NCBI RefSeq assembly: GCF_026571515.1
Contig: NW_026855894.1
Coordinates: 124,001-188,000, forward strand
Direction: 5' to 3'
Source of the DNA: Ruditapes philippinarum
Lineage: Eukaryota
DNA length: 64,000 bases
The notes under the pieces are model-generated. The model was given only the letters and a program-made list of their open reading frames with translations, was not told the origin of the DNA and ran no database searches. This document shows, piece after piece, positions 12,310 to 26,700 of the stretch. The position numbers were made by a program, and so were the translations under genes. Each line of letters opens with the position of its first letter. Position 1 is the stretch's first letter.

Positions 12310-14312
12310 AACATTGTTCTTGCAATAAATTCAGTATCTTTACAGTCTATCTGAAAATTACTAAAAACTGTTATAGGTAATTGATTGTGATGCCCGAAAT
12401 AAAAAACGATTTCTTCTAGCAGACGATCATGGATTTAAAATTCCAGTTTCTTCGACGTGAATTGATTATTGCGATTAATTTTAGTGATTTAAGTATTCAC
12501 TTAATAGTATAATAGTGCCAAATGTTTTAATCTGTTTGGGATTCTGGGTCGTCAAAGAGAAGGATGGAACTGTTTTTTTATCTTCATTATGGCATCGGAA
12601 GTTTGGAAAATCGATCGTACAGTTTGTTTAGTCATGATGTCTTTTTTAAATTTTTATTTTTATCGTTTAAAATGAAATTTTTCTATAAAGGAAGTCTATA
12701 AAAAAATTCCCCCTTTAAAAAAAACCATTTTTTACGATTTTTTTTAAAACCCGACAACCCCAAAGGGGTTTAATGGTATTTTGGGGGGTGTTACAAATTG
12801 ATTCGATATGGCGTCTTTTCCATTAGCAAAAAATAAAATTTCTTTTTAAACAAAAAGTTATTCCCAAAAAAGTCCAAATTTTCAAAATTTAAAGTCCCAT
12901 TAAAACACTATTCGATATTTTTTTTTTCCCAAAAAATTTTATAAAAATAAAAAGTTTTTTTTTTTATTTTTTTATTGTAAACCCTTTTTTTTGCTTATGG
13001 TTTAAAACCCCCCTTTTAGCCCAAACTTTCCCAAAAGTAGCTTTTATTCTTTTGGGAAAAGTTTTGTTTTTTTATTGTAAAATCTGTACCTATTCTTACT
13101 CATACTACTTTTTATAACTTCCCTTACCATTTTATCGAGTTTGGTCATGTATAGAGGAGGACTGCCTATTTAATGTATTATATGATCTGATCTAAATAAC
13201 TTATCTCAATTAATTAAAACGAATAAAATCGTCAGTGTCCATTTTTCATACTGATCCTTCAATTGAGAAATTTGATATTTTCGATACTTAAAAGAAAACT
13301 TCATAAGGAACATTTTGTTGTACACAAATTTGATTTTGTAAAGATTTAAATGTAGAAAAATATTTCTTTTTCATTTACTTGAAAGTGATATTCATAAGTT
13401 GTATATCTGTTTATGTCATTTGTTGCGTGTCAGTGGTTAAATGTAAAGCGTCATAGAAAAATATAATACTAAATGTATAACAACATTTTTTACGTTTGCA
13501 AAGCATTATTATGTTACCATTTAACCTTTACATCAATTTTTTTTTATTATTATCACCTAAAAAACTTTTTTTTTTTTACCTTTTTTGCCAAAAAATTAAA
13601 TCAAAAGCCCCAAAATGGTGAAAAAAAGTACGGTTTTTACCTTTAATTTTTTTTTGTGCAAGTTTTTTTTAATGATTTTTTAATTTTTAAAACTTTCAAG
13701 TAGGTAGTTTAATGTTTACAGTTTTCACTGTTTAAAATTTTTGTGCACCCTTTTGTTGGAAAGTATTCCCTTTAAAATTTAAAGTTCTAATTTTATTAAA
13801 AAACGGGTTCGGTAGTTTTTTTCCCAAAACCCGCAAAAAGAATGGGATAAACCTCATATTTTTGGTTTTTTAAGGGGAAAAGAATCAGGAACGAAAGGAT
13901 TAAAACTTTTATTGAAATCGGGTTAAAAGAAAGGGTTTTTAAAACAACTGTGTAGAAGAGGTTGACGAGACTGTCATTTTTTTGATCGGGAAATTCCCAA
14001 AAAGCCAAGGGATCTTTTTTTCATTAATAAAAATTTTCATGACGGGCATGTTAAAATTTATATTTAAATTTATATCCAAAATTAATGTTTTCATTAACTT
14101 TAACAAATCGTCTGAATGTGTTTCTTCAAGGTGTTGAAATTTATTCATGAACCAAGCGCAGTGTGAAGCAAATTTAAAAAAATCTGACTCCGAACTCGGT
14201 CGGCAAAAATAGATGAAACACGAGTTCTACTTTATGTCTTCCGTATCTCAAACGTTACTCCTTGCTCCATATTCTTCCAAGAAAATGTCTATCGAAACAC
14301 AACGTAGGGAGT

Positions 14313-14420
14313 ATGGATTGCATTCAATGCCATATGCTTCTTACTGCTTTAAAAGTGACGAAAATCCTTATACACAAAGTGGTCTATTTCAGTCTGTTTA
14401 TTCTTTATTGCAAAGACAAG
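14313..14420 (+). CDS. Possible start/signal-peptide exon of gene B (MDCIQCHMLLTALKVTKILIHKVVYFSLFILYC...)
   Basis: ATG and hydrophobic stretch ~170 nt upstream of the first cadherin exon; no clean GT donor found. Confidence 0.3.
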
Positions 14421-14584
14421 GCACCCATGTTTCTTTTTTTGTATTAAATATTGATAATTCTAACCGTTTTAAATGGACTGCACTATTTAGTCAGAATTTC
14501 ACTGATACAAAAATATGTTCATTATGTACACATAACATTAATATTTTTACCGTGATATCGTAATATAAAGCATTCGCCTTTTAG

Positions 14585-14791
14585 AGATGGTATCATTTAA
14601 CGACCCCGATACACAGTACCTAAATGAAAATGACGACGCTTCAATGACTTTGTGGAGTATTTCTGCAACGTGTTTTCCCTCTACTAATACATACTTTCTT
14701 GGAATAAAGACTGGAACAAATTCTCATACAGTAGCATGTGAGACGTGTACAGTTTCTTCAAACACAGCCCCAGGACTTCTCTATCTGTCAG
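14585..14791 (+). CDS. Gene B exon ([25 protein letters not shown]...[19 protein letters not shown])
   Basis: ttttag acceptor, gtaaat donor; resembles the first-half X-type repeat exons. Confidence 0.7.
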
Positions 14792-17700
14792 GTAAATAGT
14801 TTATTTGTATTTATTCAAATATCATTTAAAGATGTTATCGCAATGTTGTTTCAACAGATAAATATTGTGTTTAGTTCTGTATTTGAGAATAAACACAACG
14901 CAGGAGCAGAAAAGAAATGCAAACATTGTTGAAAATGGAGTGAAAACCAATTTAATAAACAAAAAATAATGCTTCCATGTAGCCTTTAATGCGAAAGGAA
15001 GAAAGAATATGAACATTTTCAATAATAGTCCATAAGGGCTTTACATAATGATACAAAACATCCAAATATCTTAGTGTAGCCTTAAGTGATTTTGCATAAT
15101 CTATAAATTTATATGTTTAACGTATTTATTATAAAAACCCAGTCAAATAATTTAATCATTTGGGTAATTTTATTAGTTTGAGCAAAAGGGAAATTATTTT
15201 TAAACTTAATTTTCATAAAAATGTAAGGACATAAAATTATATTTGAAGATGTTCTACCTATGAACAATATAGAGAAACTACACTTAATATACAAAGCCAC
15301 GCATAATAATTATTATATTAGAACATACTTGTCGTGCTTCTTGGCTTTCGCACGTTCCCAGTTTCGATACGTAACAGTATTAACTATTGCTAAATATGAT
15401 CAAATGTAACATTCCGACACATTTCATTGCCTTATTAACAGATATTGTAATATGTTTAAGGATATCTGTATTTATCCCACAAAAGCATCAAACAATTGTA
15501 GCGATATCGAAGGGTTAAGTTCATATGTTTTTGTATATTATTTAGCAGTAAATTTGAGGTTTTTTTTTTGGCTTTTCCGACCATGTACTGGTTAGTTAAA
15601 AAGAATGAGCCAGTGTTATTAAACACCACAGGTAGTTAAAGTCATTTTTTTTCTTCTAGAGGCTCATTATTAATATGCCATCTTCATTACACTTTAGCCC
15701 TCCCATACGACGGAACACCACTATTGTAGTCATAGTTATTTACTTTAAAGACCCCAGTATCTCATATAATTTATCTAAACTTGCCTGCGCTAGACCACAG
15801 AATGTCCAATGTTCCGAAAATAGAAGTATCAGAAGACACATATCATGAATACATAAACATGACTTATTGGATCCTTGCAGGAAAAGTTAATTCTTCAAGA
15901 AAAATGGCACACATTACAATTTAGAATCAAAGCACTGAAAGTACTGTTGGAAGGAAATTTTCATAGAAATTCCCAATGCGTGTGAATTAAAAACAAAGGA
16001 ACAGGTGCAAGCTTCAATCTACAGCTTGCTGATTTGATGACGTAAAATGTGACGTCATTGTTTCCGTTTTTGCACTACTCATGTTCAGTGGGCTGATAAC
16101 TAGTTCTTGGCCCAGGGCCCCAAACGGACCAATAAGTTGTGACACTCATAATCAGTTGAAATCATAGGCAATTCTGGTTACTAATATAGTAATAAGTGAA
16201 TTAATAGATAATACTACTGCATTTATGAACACAAAGAACCACTCAGTTTGGACCTTAATCGCCATGAAAACTTATATAACTACTTCATAGGAATTCAAGA
16301 CCATGCCATAAGCATTATTTTAATCATAGTTAATGAAGAGACTTTTTATTTTAAAACTCAAGGACAAGAAAAGCTCATCATGTGCTTACATTTTTGTAAG
16401 TTTCAAACATAACTAATTGTGTTTTAGTATGAAATTGATTTACATGCTGTTTAAAGTCATAGCAAAACAAAGAACAATGATTTAAAATATAACTTTTATT
16501 GTCAAAAACTTGGCATAAAAGTAAAAAAAAATATGTGATATAAAAAATAAATGATTAAATATATGGAGAAAAATTGAAATTTAGTTTGTCAGATAAAATG
16601 TGTAAAAGGAACTCCACTGAGAGTTTTTTGACATGATGAGAACTGAAATTTATTTTTCTAAATTAATGTACCACTTTATGTATGTTTTGACCACTAATCT
16701 TTGAGAAAAATTTCAGAATCATTTGCGCACTTCCTTTTTCAAGAATAATTATTCAAATTGTAAAAAAGTGACCCAAAATGAAAGCGTTTAAACACATTTC
16801 ACGCAAATCAGGCTGAGAAAGCATGAAAAAAATTGATTTTTCAATTTATTTCAAAGTAATATTTCTTCACTATCTGTGCATGTATTTCTGTTTCAAGTGC
16901 CCCGGTCATTTCTGTAGAAATTCAAATGGTTATGTTTTAGGCTTTTAAACCTCAATGGACTGAGTCCCTTTAAATTATTGGTACATATTGACGTGACAGC
17001 AAGTTATAACAATCTTGAATGAAAGAAGCTTTAATGCAAATGGCCAGTAATATAGGAGGTGCTGTTTTAAGGATTTTTTACATATAAAGACTTACATTAT
17101 ACAACAAAATATAGTCAAAAGTAGAAATGTGCCCATAGGACTTGAATGCCTGCGTTAAGAACAATGCTTATATTGAGTGGGTAATCAAAATATGTACATA
17201 ATTAGACAAGCCCACTGGCAGCATATATCAAGCCTGTTGCCATTATTCAGAACTGGAACGCTTAAAGCTTCAGATTGGGGAGAAAGATGTATACGTAAGT
17301 GAACATTTGTGATAAATGTTATGTAAATCCAGCCATGTATATAGAAATATACTCTCACGTTTTAGAAGTTATTATTTGACTTTTGATCCAAAGTAGTGAC
17401 CTTGATTTACAGACACCTGATTTTTCATACTACTCCAACTCACTAAAGACTGTTAAATTTTGTCCAGAACTATAATGAAAAATCTTTATAGATTTCAAAA
17501 GCATTCAAATATTATCAGTTATAAATCAATTTTTGCATATGATTTTGGTAAGGAAGGCATAATGTTGTATAAAATTTTGTGGAATGTAAGCTGAAATCAT
17601 ACTTGACCAGTGTTTTGATATATTGTTGAAATATACCAGTTATAAATTGAATCCTTAAAAGGTGTACAAATCTTATTGGTTGGAAACTAAAATTTCAGTG

Positions 17701-20700
17701 GAATTTCACATACTGACCGGACTGACAGACAGGGTAACACTTAATGCCTGTCACCATTTCTTTAAAATGGCATGGGCATATAAACATAGAACAGGTTAGG
17801 CTACAAGAGCATTTCTGTTTCATATATTTACTAGGTAAAGTACAAAAGAAATGATATTTTTATAATTTTATGAGCATCAACATCAAACCGTGATCAATGT
17901 AATATGAAGTATGGGAAAAATAAGTAACAAGAAGTGCATGTTTAAAACTAAAACAGAAATGTATGATTGCAGAGGAACACTGTTAAAAATAAAGTAAATA
18001 ATGTTAAAAAAAAAAACAACAACAAAAAAAACATAAAAAAGTTGACCATCATTTGACTTTCATGAGTTGGAAACATGGCTAATCTTAAAATAAAACGATT
18101 AATAAAAATACTAACATTATACAAAAGGTAGTAAAAAAATACAATGATCAAAAGTTTAAAGTTTGCAAAGTGAAACTTTTGGTAAAATAAAAGAAGAATT
18201 TGTAACAGAGATACCAGAACGTCCCCCGCCTCAGGGAAGTATTATATGAAAGCAAAAAATTGGTGCTATTTCAAAAGATTGAGGCAGGGATCTAATGGAT
18301 TTTCAGTCCAAAATTATGATCAATGCTAGATCTGCAAATGCAACAATAAATTTATTAAAGAAATAAAATGAAATACGTGAATTTCAAAATATATCATGTT
18401 AAGCTTTGCCAGGGATTTTTTTGGCTTATTTTATAGCCGTTATTGGGACATATTCGCCAATTGAAAATAGTATATTATTTTCCCAATCCAAAGGAAAATA
18501 TTCCCCCAATTGAAAGTTACAAAAATATAAATATTGAATAAAGAATTCTAAAAAATCTTTGAAAATAAGGGCTTCTTTACTGTAATAGTGTTTAAATGTT
18601 TTGAAGAAGCCATCCTAGGCAGTGATTGCTTGCATACATTTAATCACTGCAAACTTTCAGTCATGCATTTTTTCCCAATTTTAACAAAATATCGCTAAAT
18701 TCCCAGTTGCATGGGTATGGGTTTATGTTCCAAAATCCTGGAAAAAATCCCTGCTTTGACCTCTTTAGTGTGACCTTGACCTTGGAGGTAGGGGTGCAGG
18801 TGCTGTTTTTGTGCCAAAAAATGACATAAAATCATCTTATGCATTGTGACTACTTGTGCCAAGTATTTTCCAATCCCTTCATCTATGAAGAAGTTATGGA
18901 CGGGGCATAAAATATAACCATATAACAGACTTTGTTACCTTTATACCTCTAAGTGTGACGCTTGACCTTGAGGGAAGCGGGGTGCAAGTTGTTGTAACTG
19001 ACATATCGTCTTATTATTGTGACTATTTGTGCCAAGTTATTTCAAAATCCCTTGAACTATGAGAAAGTTCTACATTGGACAACAATATATACCCTTTAAA
19101 AAAAACAATGTTAATTTTTAAACCTCGAAATGTGACCCTTAACCTTGGAGGTAGGGATGCAGGTTTGATGCGCATGACAACATTGTCTTATTATAGTGAA
19201 TATTTGTGCCAAGTTTTTTTCTAAAATCCTTTGATATACAAAAAAGTTATGGACCGCGGACAAAAAAATAAACCTATAACAGGCTATGTTAATCTTAGAC
19301 CTCCAAGTGTGACCTTGACCTTGTAGGTTGCGTGACCGATTGTTTGCGCATGACACATCTCATTGTTGTGAACAATTGTGGCAAAAAGTATTAACAAAAT
19401 CCCTTCAAAGATAAGAAAGGTAATAGACTGGACACGAGATATACCCTCAAATGGACAATGTTGACCTTGAATGAGCAAGTGTGACCTTGACCCTGAAGGT
19501 AGGGGTCTGGTTGTTGCACATCATGCGTCTTATTATAACAACATTTGTGCCAAGTTATTTTCAAATTCCTTCAATAAATGACAAAGTTATGGACCGGACA
19601 TGAAATATAACCCTGTAACAGGCTGTGCTAATATTTGACCTCCAAGTGTGACCTTGACATTGGAGGCAGGTGACCTGTTGTTGAGCATGACACATCTTCT
19701 CATTATTGTGAGAAATTGCGGCAAGTATTTACAAAATCCCTTTAGAGATAGGAAAGTTATAGACCGGACACGAGATATACTTTCAAATAGAAAATGTTGA
19801 CCTTGAATGAGGCAAGTGCGACGCTTGACCCTGGAGGTAGGGGTCTGGTTGTTGACATGACTCATTGTCTTATTATAACAATCATTTGTGCCAAGTTATT
19901 TCAAATACCTTCAATAAAAGCTTGAAGTTGATAAAGATTTGTTCATACATATTTCAACAAGAGGGACATGTATATATAGGCCCCTGGAGCGGGGCCAGTT
20001 TAAACCCCAGGGCTTTTATTTGACCAACTTGTAAGACACTCCGTTAGAAGATGTTTCATGATGTTAAGTTTTTACTACACACATACATGTATAATGTAAA
20101 ACAAGACCTCTGCACCACCCCCCACCCCGGCATGGCCAATTTTTTTATACAAGGGCTTAAATTTGAACAAACCTTGTCGACACCATAAGATGTTTCATGC
20201 TAAACATCTAGGCTCTAGTTCATTGGGTTTTTTTAAAAGAAGATTTTTTAAGTTTTTTACTTTACACAAATAGTTAAAAACAATGAAACCCCTGGGGCGG
20301 GGCCCAGTTTTGACCCAGGGCTTTTATTTGAACAAACCTTGTACACACTTTACCAGAAGATGTTTCATGCTTAATATCTAAACTCTAGCTATTTTGGTTT
20401 TTTCAAAGAAGATTTTTAAGTTTTTACTATATGCATATATAGGGAAATTCAATGACCCTGGGGAGGGGCCATTTTGACCCCCAGGCTTTTTATTTGAACA
20501 AACTTGGTAGACACTCACTAGAAGATGTTTCATACCTTTAAAAGAAGATACTTTGTCTAAGCTCTAGCTCTTTGGGTTCTTTAAAGGAAAATACTTTAAG
20601 TTTTTTTCTTTTGGTTGCCATGGCAACCAGCGTTCTATGAACAATATTTAGAGGTGACCACCAAAGAAACATTCTGTGAAGTTTGGATGAAATTGGCTTA

Positions 20701-23700
20701 GTGGTTTATGAGGAGATGTCATTTAAAGTAAAAGTTTACGGACGGACGCCAGACGAAAAGCGATCAAAAAAGCTCACCCTGTCACTTTGTGACAGGTGAG
20801 CTTAAAATAGTTAAGTGATCTTATTTTCCTGGTGAAAAACTGGTGGCTCAATAAAGTTCTATACATATGAGCCGCGCCATGACAAAACCAACATAATGGG
20901 TTTGCGACCAGCATTGATCTAGACCAGCCTGCGCATCCACGCAGTCTGATCAGGATCCATGCTGTTCGCTTACAAACTCTATTACAAGTAGAAACTGATG
21001 GCGAACAGCATGGAATCCTGATCAGACTACGCGGAGGCGCAGGCTTGTTCGGATCCATGCTGGTCGCAAACCTACTATGTTGGTTTTGTCATGACGCGGC
21101 TCATATTATGATATTTCAAATATTGGAAAGTTATCTCTAGTTCTTGGTGAAAGACTGGTGACTAGTTTTCTCTTCAATGTCATTTCTTTTTCTAATTAGA
21201 TTAAGTCATGGGCTTCATGAGGCTTTCGACATCACATCTAAGAACTCTTTATCCAACATTGCAAAGGGCAGGCAGTCTCCTGGTATTCCAATTTCTTTTA
21301 AGTTTGATAAAACCACAATATTTCCATTTCTTTAGTGTTTCCGACATGAAGACACATCTACATGTATCTTTCATTATCACTCCTGCTTTTACTGTTCTAT
21401 CATATAAGCGCCTCTGTTACCTGAAATATTTGTTTAGAAAAAAGTTAATTGCAAAGTTAAATTCCACTTGTAAACCCTTGCCTAGCTTGAACTTACAGCA
21501 GTGAAAGGCTTAAAGGTTTAAAGTCAAGAAATAAACCAATCAGTCACAGACACCCCAAGTAATTTATCTATTTGCTAAGCAGGCAATTTTTTCAAAATTA
21601 TTTAAATTCATAAATGTGAGTGATTCTGATAAGCTATAGACAGCTAAGTGATGATAAGATGATCATATATGTCAGATAAGTCGGAGTGCTAACACTGCTT
21701 ACTGTGAATATTCAATATTTTAATGTGAATTGTCCTGAGGTAAAAACGAAAAGAAAGCTGAATTCCTAAATACATGTCACATGTCACAATTGTTCTTGCT
21801 ATTAATTTTGTTCCTAATTTCTTGTATAAGATATTTAAATACACTGTAATTCTTTTTTATAAATTTGGCTTTTTGTGACAATAGTCTATCCAGTGACCGA
21901 AGCTCACCGACTTAAAATAAAACTGTCCTGTGTCAGCCTTTAAAACAAATCAAGAAAAAAAAGCTATTAGAAATATAATAATTAAGAAATATCATATACA
22001 AAAACTTCTAAATAATCATGTACCTCTTCCTTAAAAGCCCATGCTATTAAAAAGAAACATTTTTTCCATTTGTTCACTTCAAGGTTAGTCAGATTGACAG
22101 TCTCACATTTTAGCCTTTATCTTTCGTGATTTCATTGTCATTGACCCTAAAGCATCTTAAAATCGATATCCTTGCTGTTCACATTTCATAAATCTGACAT
22201 GTAGGCCGAACTTCTGAAACATAAAATATAATTATTATTAGATATACATATAGTATCCAATAATTATGTTAGTTGATATCAAATCAATAATTTAAGCAGT
22301 GTTTCGAAATTAGCAAGTAGTCCGAGAGCCCGACTAATAAATTTCTCCTTGGCGTTATCAACCTTTTCACAGTAAGAAGCCCGACCAGGCTACTGTATTT
22401 TCAAAGGCAATATAAACAACTGTTTTGAACAAATGAATCGTGCTAGTGAAATGTCTTTTGGGCAAGTGAATATTCCAATCTAGTAGTCCGACCAGCCTAG
22501 TCGATTCAAATCCTAATTTTCTTACACTGTTTAAGAAACAATTTGTTCAAAATTGTCCAAGCATAAAGATTTTTATAGTATACTATAGTAATTATAGTGT
22601 ATATACTGTACAGTATGTATTAAATGTTTACTATCTACTATATACTGTCCTGAAATTTCAAGAAAACAACTATCTTTAAAATCCATTTTCTCAGAAGTTG
22701 CAAAACCAAGTGAATGAAATTGCTCTGGGTTTGGTATTATTCTGTACAACTTCTGATCACAAAAGCTTCAAGGACATTTATGAGTGAGTCAGGTCCTATC
22801 CTGAAAGATTGTTGTTCAAGTTTGAAGACAATCCATTCAAAAATAACAAGTTATAGCCACTAATAGCAAAAAATAAGAAGATTTAGACATATACCTTGAA
22901 TGTTCATATGGTGGTCAAGTTAATTTAGTTTAGTCTGGTCTATTTGAAGGGTTGTTGTGGCCAAGTATGAAGACAATACACCAAGATCTGAAAAAAGTTA
23001 TGAACAAGGTTAAAGTTTGATGACAGCAATGGGAAAGCCGTCATGACTTACAATATATTTAATAATTTTGGCCCTAATGCAAACTGAAAATTCTAGCCTA
23101 TAAACACTGTTGAGACTAGCTGTTCAGCATTTTTTTCAAATAATAAATAAATGCAATGATAAAGTCGGTAACTTGCAAGTCTTCTAACATTCTTACAAAG
23201 AATGAACATATATATTATTCTCCTAATCTTAAAGATTATTTATCTTAAAGATAATTTCAAACAATATTTTATTAACTAAACAATCTATATCCTAATATAT
23301 ATGGTTTTAATAGAGGGCCTAGTTGACCTGTCCCGAGTTGGTATAGGGCCGAGTTTACCTGTAAATTCAATAATGTAAACAATCCTTGACCTAATTTCGT
23401 TTGGCTAACAAATTAGCATCTGCAAACACAAAACGATTTTGAACAAAGAAATAAAAGCATTTCCACAAACCTTTGCGATGTTATTCATTAGCAAATCTAT
23501 GTCTTGGATGGAAAAATCTCAAAACCACGAACGTTATTCTGTCGATGGTCCGAACAATGGCGGGTGTGCCCTACTTATTAGTCAACACCAAGTTTTATCA
23601 AAATTGCATCCGTTAATTCCAGAAATACTCTTGAAAGACTTGTATTGTAATCTTGTTTTTTATTATTTATATAATAATATTTTTGTTTCAAACGCTTTGA

Positions 23701-26700
23701 TTCTATGATAGTTTGCGAACCATTTTTTTGCGAAAATAGTACAGTACAGAACGCCCTTTTTAAGGCCACATATTGTATCCATTGTTTCCTCTTGAGTTAT
23801 CGACGTAAAAAAATCAGCGGTGGCATAAAATGCTATTCAATAAATTGCTAAATATATACAATAAATACTTTCATTTCCTTCGGTTGATTTATATATGTGA
23901 ACTTTTCAGCATCTCTGCTACAAAATTACACCTTATTTATATTCAATTTATTGTACATAGGTACATGGACACAAACTTTTCTTTGGCCTAATGCGTAATA
24001 ATACTGATGTTTTTTTTTCCGTACACGTTTAAGATTATGTTCCATTGATGTAAGCTAACATTGAATATCATCATTTCAAGTTTTTTTGAACATCAGCTTT
24101 TTCTTCAAGTCATCCACGTTTGAAAGTATACATATAGTTCTGCTGCACTACTTTCTTGGTCGCACTAACTACTTATTTTCTATTGAGCTTAAACAGAATT
24201 CAATTAGGTGTTGTTCGTTCTTTTTCAATATAGGCAGACCGATACTATAGAAAGGAAATTTTTTTTTGAAAAAATTTCCTTCCAAAAATGTACAGCTATA
24301 GTGATCAAGCATTTTGTTTGGAAGGCAAAATACAACTTTGCTTTTTAAATGTGGCTATTTCTTTCACTCAAATTACTTCACATTGCTTGGGAAGAAGGCA
24401 TCTCTTGTGTTGTAAATCCAATGTTACAACAGTCATAAGAATATCATTTGTTAAAAAATACATTGAACTCTTGTGTCTATATCAACTTTTAACCAAGGCT
24501 TATAAAAAGGTAAATTGTACATTTAGTCAATACATTTTTACTTATGATTAAAAGTTACAGTTGAGATAAGTTTTCATTTCTTTGATCTTACAATTGTTCC
24601 ATTCGTTTTTAATTTTACGGTTGCTTTATTGTTCTTAAGAGCAGTCAAGTATGTAGCTTTGAAATCACATTATGTGTAACGGATATCATTTGACAGATTA
24701 AAAAGAAATACAATCCAGAATGGTAGTATTGTTTCATTAAAATGTAATAAGATTTTTGTATATTGTTTAGCTTTTATAAAACGTAGTATTTGTATGAGAT
24801 CCCTGAACCAAAATAATAATAAGGATACCATTAATGTAGACTATAGTTGCATGTGTATACATGTATAATTAGAAACTGTATGATAACATCTGCGTAGTAT
24901 AAAGCTATAGTTTTATTATCAAGATGTCGGTGAAAAAAATAAATAGATAAATGAATAAATGAATAAATGAATGAATGAATTAATGAATAAATTAACTTTT
25001 AAATTAATTAATTAATTATTTAATTATTAATTAATTATTTAATTAAGAGAGAAATAGATGAGCAATTAGATAAATAAATAAATAAAAATGGAAATACTGT
25101 TACGGTCTAGTGGGTCGGGGACTCTTTAAGTATGCTGCGATACCATTTAACTGCATATTGGCACTCAGGCTTTCAAGGTATTAATGCAAGCAGATACAGA
25201 ACTGATGTGCTGTGTAGATCTCCAACTCATCTGATAGTAATCAGGCACACCGTTGTAAACAGTAATAAAATTTATTAAACAGGTAATATTTCCAAATACA
25301 ATAATTGTCAAAACAATTTGAACATTAATAGTAAAAACCTCTCATAATAGTCAAGACAGCTCACAAATAAAATGAATTTTAGTACTGTTACGCCTTCAAA
25401 ATATATTTAGTACTGATGAACCAAAAATCTCCGTGTTACGTGTATCAGTTTTACTCCGCGGTGACAATAGTTACCAGATGATTACTTCAATAAACAGTGT
25501 AGTATAAAATACTTAAATGTTATATTATGTAAAAGTTATATAAAAGTTCTAATACAGATGTATAAAAATATCTAAGCTCTATATTTAAGTCAACTAGATA
25601 TAATTCTAGTATTTAAAATAAACTTGACTTGTTTGTTACTTAAATTAACATAAAATTAAGATTTCAGCAGACAAAATTAACGTACGTCTACTACCAAGAA
25701 TTTCTAGATCTGAACTTTTTCTGTGACCAAGAATCTGCTTGCTTTTTATACTAGGGCAGTGGTAGAAATGACCAAAAATGGGTAAAATACCCAGAATTGT
25801 AGAACCAATCCTGAATTGGTAGAATGGTAGCTACCCCAAATGGTCGATACCAATATGGGTAGGAAAACTGTCCACCACAAACTGGTAGAAAACTGTCCAC
25901 CAAAAACTGGTAGAAACTATCTACCAAAACGGGTAGAAACTATCTACCAAAAACGGGTAGAAAACTGTTCTACCAAAAACGGGTAGAAAACTATCTACCA
26001 AAAACGGGTAGAAAACTATCTTAATTTAACCAGACAAAATGGCTAAATTTCGTAAGAAAAATCAAGACTTTAAATGAAATTTAACATTGAATATTATAAT
26101 AAATAATTTACTTTCCATAAAACAAGAAAAGTCACCTAAGTGTCACATAATACCGGGGTATTACAATACAATACTTTACCAAATAAAATTTCATCAATAC
26201 AAAGAAAATAAAAAATATGGATTAAAACTGAAAATGTATTATTTATATAAAAAAAACAGTTCATTAAATGCACATTTATAAAAATCAAATTACGAAATTT
26301 CGTAATGGCTATCGAAATATTTGGCTCTTTTAATGGTTGATAAAAAAAAACTGAATAAAAAAATAAAAATTAATTGATTTGTAGGAACTATCTTTGAAGA
26401 TCATTAATGAATGATAAAATTAACTAAAGATAAAAGATTATAACTGTTTTTAATAATTATTATTTCAAAAAAGTTTGTTGACCTGAAATTTGGTTGTCTG
26501 TTTATTATCATTTTATCTTTTTACGCCGATTTTAACGCAATTTGACCGTATCCCGGCGGTTGAGTCACCTAACTGACTTTCCTGGATAACAAACTTGTAG
26601 TAAATGACCGACTACTAATCTCATTTCTCATGTAGGAGACAAATTACCAGTAAACTGGGTGTCAAAGATCAATTATCACGGAGATATTACTCCACGCCCG

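Larger units (their letters stand above)
9410..14060. other. Homopolymer-inflated low-accuracy sequence (approx. 9410-11690, 12640-13090, 13540-14060) with clean islands
   Basis: Abrupt switch to runs of A/T/G/C that overwrite recognisable exon sequence. Confidence 0.8.

Noticed and set aside
20774-21058. 94-aa Cys-rich ORF
   Set aside because: Lies across a fold-back MITE and an element end; no splice context
21648-21738. C/D box snoRNA (GTGATGA...CTGA) on the + strand
   Set aside because: No terminal stem and no recognisable rRNA-complementary guide; such motifs arise by chance in AT-rich DNA
25857-26021. CRISPR-like array of palindromic 24-bp repeats
   Set aside because: No unique spacers, no cas genes, eukaryotic context, lies inside a solo LTR
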